13,650 nt of DNA from the NCBI GenBank assembly GCA_049423385.1, contig JBMSQQ010000091.1, forward strand, positions 1 to 13,650. Reading direction: 5' to 3'. The DNA comes from Silvanigrellaceae bacterium. GTDB taxonomy: Bacteria > Bdellovibrionota_B > Oligoflexia > Silvanigrellales > Silvanigrellaceae. The notes beneath the pieces were generated by a model, which worked only from the letters and a program-made list of their open reading frames with translations, did not search any database and was not told the DNA's origin. The translations under genes and the position numbers were made by a program. Positions 7,292 through 13,650 of this stretch are shown here, in pieces. Numbering within the stretch: the stretch's first letter is position 1; each line of letters starts with the position of its first letter.

Positions 7292-8965
7292 ATGAAAAAT
7301 TCTCTTCGCCTGTCATTCGTGCTGAGCGCGATTGGCTTTGGATTTTTGTCCATCAACGCGACCAACCCGCAATCCGGCTTGACTGGATCGGTTGCCATGG
7401 CAGCGCAGGCCGACCGGACAGGTACGTTCATAGAAAGCGTCTCGGCCAATCCCACAAGTCTTTTTCCGCTGACGAACAACGATGGCGAAGCTGCTGCCGT
7501 TCAAGACATGTTCTTTGAAACACTGCTCGACAGGCATTGGGACTCGTACGATTGGATGCCGAGCCTCGCTTCGAAATGGGAAATTTCAAAAGACGGAAAG
7601 CAGTTCACATTCACACTCGACAAAAAAGCGAAGTTTTCGGACGGCTCACCCGTCACCGCGGACGACGTCAAGTTCAGTTACGACATTATCTTCATGAAGG
7701 GTGTCATGTGCGCGCACCTTCGCCCGTATTACTCTGCAATCAAAAAAGTTGAAGTCCTTGGAGCAGACAAAGTCCGCTTCACAGCGGGAGAAGTATATTA
7801 CAAAAACTTCGATGTGGTGGCGACACTGACGGTATTTCCGAAAAAGCACTACATGAAGCTCTACGAGAAGGACAACTCGATGACCAAGGCGGAAGTCACC
7901 AAAGACCCGCTGGGTTCGGGACCTTGGTTGATCGACAAATGGGATGGCAACCAACAGATCTCCTTCAAGCGCAATCCGAATTACTGGAACAAGGACGAGC
8001 TCATCAAGCAGGGGCGCTGGAATTACGACCGCTACATCTACAAAGTGGTGCAGGAAGAGCCGGTTGAATTCGAAATGTTCCGCAAGGGCGATCTCACATT
8101 CAAAGGTTTGATTCCCAAACAGTGGGCAAAGCAAACAAGTGGCCCCGAATTCAAGAACAAACTGGTGCGAGTGAAGGCTGTCAACAAGTCACCCACGGGC
8201 TATGGCTATATCGGCTGGAACATGAAAAATCCGATCCTTGCAAACAAAGACGTGCGATGGGCACTTTCGCACATTGCGGATCTCAAGACCTGGATCGGCA
8301 AGATTGAATACGACATGCAGGAACCAACAGTGGGCCCATACAGCGTCAAGAGCGAACAACACGATCCGACTTTGAAAGCCGTGGAATTCGACCTCAAAAA
8401 AGCCCGTGAGCGTCTGACAGCTGCGGGTTGGACAAAGGCAGGCAAAGGCGGGATCCTCGAAAAAGACGGACAGCGCCTCGAGCTGACCATCATCTATCCC
8501 CAGCAGTCCAAAGAAACCACAGAGCCCAAACTGGTCGACTTCAAACAAAAGGCCGCAAAGGTTGGAGTCTCCATCAATCTCAAGGCAATCGACTGGACCA
8601 CGTTCACCAAACTGCTTGATGATCGCAAATTCGATGGTGCCGCACTGGGTTGGAGTCGCGATCATGATGGCGACCTCAAGCAGATTTGGCATACCGATTC
8701 CATCAACAACAAGGGCAGCAACTTCATCAGCTATTCGAACAAGGAAGTCGACAAGCTGATCGATCAGCACCGTGCAACGCTGGACAAAAACAAGCGCAAT
8801 GAATTCGCAAGAAAATTGCAGCGGTTGATTTATGAAGATCAGCCTTACACTTTCATGACCGAACGTCTTTATTCTCTTTATGCACACCAAATGTATGTGA
8901 AAAAAGAAAAGGACACCTACAATTACACAATCGGTCGCGCATTCTGGCAGATAACAAACCAATAA
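7292..8965 (+). CDS. Peptide ABC transporter substrate-binding protein, family 5 (OppA/DppA/AppA-like)
   Basis: True start ATG 7292 (AAGGAG at 7279-7284), not 7094. Signal peptide; family-5 signature PSLASKWEISKDGKQFTFTL..KAKFSDGSPVTADDVKFSY; PLGSGPW, RNPNYW, DVRWAL, NFISYSNKEVDKLI. Confidence 0.93.
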   Translation: MKNSLRLSFVLSAIGFGFLSINATNPQSGLTGSVAMAAQADRTGTFIESVSANPTSLFPLTNNDGEAAAVQDMFFETLLDRHWDSYDWMPSLASKWEISKDGKQFTFTLDKKAKFSDGSPVTADDVKFSYDIIFMKGVMCAHLRPYYSAIKKVEVLGADKVRFTAGEVYYKNFDVVATLTVFPKKHYMKLYEKDNSMTKAEVTKDPLGSGPWLIDKWDGNQQISFKRNPNYWNKDELIKQGRWNYDRYIYKVVQEEPVEFEMFRKGDLTFKGLIPKQWAKQTSGPEFKNKLVRVKAVNKSPTGYGYIGWNMKNPILANKDVRWALSHIADLKTWIGKIEYDMQEPTVGPYSVKSEQHDPTLKAVEFDLKKARERLTAAGWTKAGKGGILEKDGQRLELTIIYPQQSKETTEPKLVDFKQKAAKVGVSINLKAIDWTTFTKLLDDRKFDGAALGWSRDHDGDLKQIWHTDSINNKGSNFISYSNKEVDKLIDQHRATLDKNKRNEFARKLQRLIYEDQPYTFMTERLYSLYAHQMYVKKEKDTYNYTIGRAFWQITNQ

Positions 8966-9005
8966 GCCGGCATAGCCCGACCTTCCCGAAGAAGACCCGA
9001 ACGAC

Positions 9006-10070
9006 ATGAACTTTCCGAGCTACCTTTTACGCCGTCTGCTTTTGATGATTCCCACCTTCTTCGGGATCACCATCCTTTGTTTTGGTGTCTTCCAGATCGC
9101 TCCGGGAGGACCGGTCGAAAATTATCTCGCAAAAGTGAGGTTTGCAGGCGGTGCCGGCGGCGGAAAGGGCGGCGGTGAAAGCTCTCACGGAAGCAGCAGC
9201 GCTGCGAGCAAATCGGTGACAGACGAAGTCGTCGAAGAACTCAAAAAGCGCTACAATTTCGACAAGCCAATCTACATGCGCTACGCGCTTTGGCTCAAAG
9301 ACTTGGCTCAACTGGAATTCGGCTACTCTCACACCCAAGGCCAAAAAGTGCTCGACGTGATTGCGTCGAAACTTCCTGTGTCGATTATATTCGGAATGAC
9401 AAGCTTCTTTTTGACGTACCTTATTTGTATCCCGCTTGGAATACTCAAGGCGCTGCGCGACGGAACGCGCTTCGACGTTTTCAGCAGCGGCATGCTGTTC
9501 GTCCTGTACAGCGTTCCCGAGTTCATGCTCGGTATTCTGCTCATTCACTTTTTTGCGGGTGGACAATATTTTGAATGGTTCCCCATTCAAGGTCTTCATT
9601 CGCTGGACTGGGAAAGCTTCACATTTTGGGAAAAAACCAAAGACGTTGTGTGGCACATGATTCTTCCGCTGACCTGCTACATGATTGGAAACTTTACAAC
9701 CCTGACCATCCTGATGAAGAACTCGATCATTGAACAAATCAAGCAGGACTATGTTCGTTCCGCCTTGGCCCGTGGAGTGTCCCGACGCAAGGCGATTCTC
9801 AAGCACGCCTTGCGCAATGCCATTTTGCCGATTTCCACAGGCTTCGGTGGCATAATTCTCGCATTCTTTGGCGGCAGTCTCCTGATTGAAAAGATCTTCA
9901 ACCTCGATGGAATTGGAAAACTCCTCTATCAATCGACGATTGAACGGGACTACCCGGTGGTCATGGCCGAAATTGCAATCGTTGCCGTCCTTGGACAAGT
10001 GGCATTGCTCCTTTCGGACGTCCTCTACCGCCTCATTGACCCCCGTATCGATTTTTCATCCAAGGATTAG
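9006..10070 (+). CDS. yejB: Peptide ABC transporter permease, YejB-like (OppB/DppB family)
   Basis: YLLRRLLLMIPTFFGI...QIAPGGPVE...RYNFDKP..RY N-terminus with Gly-rich insert typical of YejB; EAA-loop region DYVRSALARG...KHALRNA; GSLLIEKIFNLDGIG; RDYPVV; LIDPRIDF C-terminus. Confidence 0.88.
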   Translation: MNFPSYLLRRLLLMIPTFFGITILCFGVFQIAPGGPVENYLAKVRFAGGAGGGKGGGESSHGSSSAASKSVTDEVVEELKKRYNFDKPIYMRYALWLKDLAQLEFGYSHTQGQKVLDVIASKLPVSIIFGMTSFFLTYLICIPLGILKALRDGTRFDVFSSGMLFVLYSVPEFMLGILLIHFFAGGQYFEWFPIQGLHSLDWESFTFWEKTKDVVWHMILPLTCYMIGNFTTLTILMKNSIIEQIKQDYVRSALARGVSRRKAILKHALRNAILPISTGFGGIILAFFGGSLLIEKIFNLDGIGKLLYQSTIERDYPVVMAEIAIVAVLGQVALLLSDVLYRLIDPRIDFSSKD

Positions 10071-10082
10071 GTCTGTAACGCA

Positions 10083-11078
10083 ATGTCACCTGATTTTAAA
10101 AGACGAATTCAGCACTTCAAAAACTCCAAGCGGGCCATGGTCTCACTGGTCATCATTTTGCTCATGCTGGTTGCCAGCCTCTCCGCGGAATTGATCACCA
10201 ACTCGAGCCCCATCGTGGCCAAGCTGAATGGTCAAATCATCGTTCCAGCCTATGTTCAGTATGAGCGTGAACAATTGGGCCAGGAGGGCGCAGGGGTCGT
10301 AGACTTTCGCGAGTTGAAGGACCAATTCGAGTGGGCGATCTGGCCACCCTTAAAATGGGATCCATTTGAAATCGACGGTGATCAGGCAGAGTACCTGACC
10401 TCTCCCAGTGGACTCCATCTGATGGGAACAGACAGTGCAGGGCGTGATGTATTTGCCCGACTACTTTACGGCACGAGAATTTCTTTTTTGTTTGGCATTG
10501 CCTACTGGCTCATCACCTATGCAGTTGGAATTGTCATTGGCTTGTTCACCGGATTCATGGGTGGCAACATCGACCTTTATGGTCAACGACTCATCGAAAT
10601 CTTTCAGTCGACCCCACACTTTCCCCTGTTGTTGTTCATCGTGTCGGTGATGACACCCAGTCCTGCACTGCTGGCTCTCTTCCTGTGCCTTTTTGGATGG
10701 ACGGGAATCGCCCAATACATGCGGGTGGAAGCACTCCGGAACAGAAATCTCACATTCACGGAAGCTGCTGTGTCTTTGGGTGCTGGCAGGTCGAGACTGC
10801 TCTTCACCCACATCCTGCCCAACAGCCTCGTCCCGATCATCACCTTTTCTCCAATGGCCGTTATTTCAGGTATTTATTCGCTGGCGTCACTCGATCTTCT
10901 GGGATTCGGGGTACCTCCACCAACCCCAAGTTGGGGCGAATTGCTCGACCAGGCCAGGTCCAACTACCAGGTCGCCTGGTGGCTGGCTGTTTTTCCAAGC
11001 TTTTTTCTGTTCACGACTATTATCTGCCTGAATTTTGTGGGTGAGTCTGTCCGCAAGGCATTCGATCCGCGCGCCTAA
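10083..11078 (+). CDS. yejE: Peptide ABC transporter permease, YejE-like (OppC/DppC family)
   Basis: RRIQHFKNSKRAMVSL...SLSAELITNSSP N-terminus; HLMGTDSAGRDVFARLLYGTRIS; EAA loop FTEAAVSLGA...HILPN; LDLLGFGVPPPTPSWGELL; GESVRKAFDPR C-terminus. Confidence 0.88.
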   Translation: MSPDFKRRIQHFKNSKRAMVSLVIILLMLVASLSAELITNSSPIVAKLNGQIIVPAYVQYEREQLGQEGAGVVDFRELKDQFEWAIWPPLKWDPFEIDGDQAEYLTSPSGLHLMGTDSAGRDVFARLLYGTRISFLFGIAYWLITYAVGIVIGLFTGFMGGNIDLYGQRLIEIFQSTPHFPLLLFIVSVMTPSPALLALFLCLFGWTGIAQYMRVEALRNRNLTFTEAAVSLGAGRSRLLFTHILPNSLVPIITFSPMAVISGIYSLASLDLLGFGVPPPTPSWGELLDQARSNYQVAWWLAVFPSFFLFTTIICLNFVGESVRKAFDPRA

Positions 11079-11253
11079 CCAGCCTGATTTGCGTGCTTTT
11101 ATTTTTACAAAAAAAACTGGCCAGTCGGCTTGCGTCGCGTCGCCCCATTTTGTAGGGTGCGCGATGTACAAGAAATCTACCGTTCGCGAAGTTCAGGTCT
11201 TCTACGCCCACGATGGGCCCATGTTTACCCTCTTCACGATGAAAGGGACCACA

Positions 11254-12417
11254 ATGAAACGCGGCCAAACACTCCCCTCTTTCTCGAGCGCTACGCTTCT
11301 CATTGCGGCCACTGCCCTTGTGACTGCTTGTGGAACCGGCACCAGCGACAGAGCTGTCCGCAAGCTTCAGGGACCGAACGGAAGCATCACCTACGTTTCC
11401 TCCTACAACAGTCCAAACGTGATCGAAAAAATCATCGGCAGCAACGAACTGACTCCGGTGCTGGAAGATGGCGCGAACATTCCTGCCAAGTACCGCCCTT
11501 TGATTGATGCCTTCGGAAAAATCTCGATGGGCTGCACGGCAACACATATCGGCAACGGCTTGGTGATCACCGCCGGACACTGTTTTGAAGCCCCTGAAAA
11601 GCGCATCAACAACAAACCCTGCGACAAGGTCACGGTTGATTGGGGATACCGCAAGGACAAAGCTCCTTACTTGAAGTCCAAATGTACGATGATTCTTGCA
11701 GCCGAACTCAACGACTCTCGCGACTACGCCATTTTCCGTGTCGACGTTGCGCCGACCGCGAAAGTCGACGTGGACCTGTCGGCAAAACCCAAATTTGGAT
11801 CAAGCATCACCATTTTTGGTCACCCGCAACTGCGTCCACTCGAGTGGTCGCAAACATGCACTGTCGAGAACACCTCGAATGGCGGATGGGGCGAGGATGA
11901 GTTCAGCCACCAATGCGACACTGAACCAGGCAACAGTGGAAGCACAATCATCGATGACACGACCCTGAAGGTTATCGGTATTCATGACGGTGGCCGGGTT
12001 CCATGGAACTACGGAACCTTCATCCTGAACACACCAATTCTGGAGTTCGTGGGAGGCGGTTCGACACCAACCAACCCAAATCCCGCACCCGCTCCAGTAC
12101 CGCCCACTCAGCCAGGCGACTCGGTCAGAAATCTTCCGAGCCGCTCCTATGGACCGTTTCTGAACAACGACTCACGAACGCTCGCAGAGTTTGGAACAGA
12201 ACTGGGACGTCAAATCACCTTCACGCTCGACATCAACACAGAACCAAACGCCGACTACGTGCGCGTGATTGATGGCGAAGGCAAGGGAATGGTTTTGTCG
12301 GGGCGGCAATCACGAGTTTTCACAAAGATTGCCCTGCCAGTAAAAATCAAATTCGAATCTGACGACAGCATCAAGTCAAAACGGGTTTCCATCCAGAAAG
12401 TCGTTGCATTCAACTGA
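11254..12417 (+). CDS. Trypsin-fold (S1/PA clan) serine protease lipoprotein with Pro-rich linker and CUB-like C-terminal domain
   Basis: Start ATG 11254 (AAGGGA at 11243-11248); lipobox VTAC (Cys26); IIG activation-type N-terminus; catalytic triad motifs TAGHC, DYAIF, GNSGS; linker GGGSTPTNPNPAPAPVPPTQPG; C-domain with TEPNADYVRVIDG...LSG...KIKFESDDS pattern. Confidence 0.92.
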   Translation: MKRGQTLPSFSSATLLIAATALVTACGTGTSDRAVRKLQGPNGSITYVSSYNSPNVIEKIIGSNELTPVLEDGANIPAKYRPLIDAFGKISMGCTATHIGNGLVITAGHCFEAPEKRINNKPCDKVTVDWGYRKDKAPYLKSKCTMILAAELNDSRDYAIFRVDVAPTAKVDVDLSAKPKFGSSITIFGHPQLRPLEWSQTCTVENTSNGGWGEDEFSHQCDTEPGNSGSTIIDDTTLKVIGIHDGGRVPWNYGTFILNTPILEFVGGGSTPTNPNPAPAPVPPTQPGDSVRNLPSRSYGPFLNNDSRTLAEFGTELGRQITFTLDINTEPNADYVRVIDGEGKGMVLSGRQSRVFTKIALPVKIKFESDDSIKSKRVSIQKVVAFN

Positions 12418-12463
12418 TTCAAGAACCCGCGGGCGTCGGACTCGACTCCCGCGAGCCCTCCTC

Positions 12464-12497
12464 ACCGCATTGCGCCCCGCGCTTTGCGGTTTTTTTT
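12464..12497 (+). terminator. Rho-independent terminator downstream of the protease gene
   Basis: ACCGCA-tt-GCG/loop/CGC-tt-TGCGGT stem (12464-12490) followed immediately by a T run (12491-12497). Confidence 0.7.
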
Positions 12498-12544
12498 CTT
12501 TGCTGTCATGATGGCCCGACTTCACGCAAGGAGGCGTTTTTTCC

Positions 12545-12988
12545 ATGTATCTCTATCAGTGGTACATCATTGTCGGTGCCGTCCTCATCATCCTCGAGAT
12601 TTTCGCCCCTGGATTCGTTTTACTGCCCATAGGTGTGGCGGGTCTCCTCACAGCGGTGGTCGCTTACTTCAGGCCCGAACTTTGGCTGCATGCCGTGTTC
12701 TTCATCTGCGGCAGTGGACTCGCACTGATCGCCATCAGCAAATATCGTGAAACCTTGAATCAAAAGGCAACCGTCGAGAATGTTGGCCCCGTTGGCCAAA
12801 TCGGAATTGTGGTTGCAGGCGAATCAACAGATGCAGCGATCAAGGTCAAGGTCTTTGGTGACACCTGGGATGTTCTTGAATCCTGCGTCCCGCCGGAAAA
12901 AAGAGGACTTTATTCTGCAGGAACTCGAGTCAAAGTGACTTCAATTTCAGGCAACAAGATTGCTGTGGAAAAAATTCAGGAGGGATGA
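12545..12988 (+). CDS. NfeD-family short membrane protein (YbbJ-like)
   Basis: AAGGAGG SD at 12528-12534; WYIIVGAVLIILEIFAPGF N-terminal TM pattern; C-terminal OB-like domain VGQIGIV...VKVFGDTW...GTRVKVTSISGNKIAVE; directly upstream of an SPFH gene. Confidence 0.9.
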   Translation: MYLYQWYIIVGAVLIILEIFAPGFVLLPIGVAGLLTAVVAYFRPELWLHAVFFICGSGLALIAISKYRETLNQKATVENVGPVGQIGIVVAGESTDAAIKVKVFGDTWDVLESCVPPEKRGLYSAGTRVKVTSISGNKIAVEKIQEG

Positions 12989-12990
12989 AA

Positions 12991-13650
12991 ATGGAGTTTT
13001 TTGGGCTTTTCCTCGTTGCAGTCTCGGTGATTGTATTGTTTGCGATTGCCAAGAGTATTTATGTGATTCGCCAACAGGAATGCATCATCATCGAAAGGCT
13101 CGGGCGTTTTCACGCCGTGTTGGGTTCGGGTCCTCAATTGATTTTTCCCTTCATCGATCAACCCCGACAAATGCTTTGGATCCGCAACGGAATCATCGTT
13201 CCGCTGGATCGCATCGATCTGCGCGAGGTTGTGCTCGATATTCCCGAGCAACGCGTGATCACCAAGGACAATGTTGGCATCACAGTCGACGCGATCATTT
13301 ACACGCAGATCACCGACGTGCGCAGGGCGGCATATGAAATTCAATCCTTGCCATTGGCAATTGGTCAGCTCACACAAACAACTCTCCGCAATTTGATTGG
13401 TGAACTGGAACTCGACCACACACTCTCAAGCCGTGATGCCATCAACACTCGTCTCAAGTCGATTTTGGACGAAACTGCCGACAAGTGGGGGCTCAAGGTC
13501 AACCGTGTGGAACTGAGAAACATCACACCACCGCTTGAAGTTCAGCAGGCAATGGAAAAGCAGATGCAGGCAGAGCGTGAAAGACGGGCACAAGTCCTGT
13601 CTGCCGAAGGTTCAAAGCAAAGCCGCATCCTTGAGGCCGAGGGCGAAAAG
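12991..13650 (+). CDS. SPFH/Band 7 (stomatin-like, QmcA/YbbK-type) membrane protein; 3' end lies outside the window
   Basis: Not in the ORF track (no stop in window). Manual translation: MEFFGLFLVAVSVIVLFAIAKSIYVIRQQECIIIERLGRF...IDLREVVLDIPEQRVITKDNV...TTLRNLIGELELDHTLSSRDAIN...WGLKVNRVELRNITPP...AMEKQMQAERERRA...AEG. AGGAGG at 12978-12983 favours ATG 12991; an in-frame ATG at 12985 overlaps the NfeD stop (ATGA). Confidence 0.95.
   Translation, partial: MEFFGLFLVAVSVIVLFAIAKSIYVIRQQECIIIERLGRFHAVLGSGPQLIFPFIDQPRQMLWIRNGIIVPLDRIDLREVVLDIPEQRVITKDNVGITVDAIIYTQITDVRRAAYEIQSLPLAIGQLTQTTLRNLIGELELDHTLSSRDAINTRLKSILDETADKWGLKVNRVELRNITPPLEVQQAMEKQMQAERERRAQVLSAEGSKQSRILEAEGEK

Noticed and set aside
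8189..9007. 272-aa minus-strand ORF (and 7646-8134)
   Set aside because: Antisense to the substrate-binding protein; hydrophobic look is the mirror of Lys/Glu/Asp-rich sense codons.
9148..9207. Gly/Ser-rich low-complexity stretch in the permease
   Set aside because: A variable Gly-rich periplasmic insert at this position is ordinary for YejB-like permeases; not a DNA repeat element.
9027..9998. 323-aa minus-strand ORF
   Set aside because: Lies wholly antisense to the YejB-like permease; no motifs; typical antisense open frame.
11035..11253. 73-codon N-terminal extension of the protease ORF
   Set aside because: Overlaps the permease end and would bury the lipoprotein signal; SD supports ATG 11254.
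12960..13419. ORF-track entries 12960-13337 (+) and 12976-13419 (-)
   Set aside because: Alternative frames over the real SPFH gene, which is open from 12985/12991 to the window edge.
12545..13650. NfeD + SPFH pair as a novel system
   Set aside because: Well-known, widespread gene pair (ybbJ-qmcA type).
1..13650. CRISPR arrays, tRNA/rRNA genes, transposases, integrases, frameshifted pseudogenes
   Set aside because: None seen; intergenic gaps are all under 180 nt and the recognised genes read through intact.

Overview
Bacterial genomic window, densely coding, with no mobile element, CRISPR array, tRNA or rRNA recognised. Left to right: a tldD metalloprotease gene (minus strand, runs off the left edge, missing from the ORF track) divergent from aspS; a translationally coupled pair encoding a putative small outer-membrane beta-barrel protein with a long disordered tail and a di-heme c-type cytochrome lipoprotein; a convergent minus-strand pair of a conserved uncharacterised enzyme-like protein and fumarylacetoacetase (fahA); a divergent peptide ABC transporter cluster (family-5 binding protein plus YejB- and YejE-like permeases, no ATPase in the cluster); a trypsin-fold lipoprotein protease with a CUB-like C-terminal domain followed by an intrinsic terminator; and an NfeD-like/SPFH (stomatin-like) pair running off the right edge. 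The best candidates for undescribed biology are the barrel + di-heme lipoprotein pair (possible minimal porin-cytochrome module) and the fahA-linked unknown enzyme (possible alternative for the maleylacetoacetate step). All family assignments are from motif recognition by eye; no searches were run.
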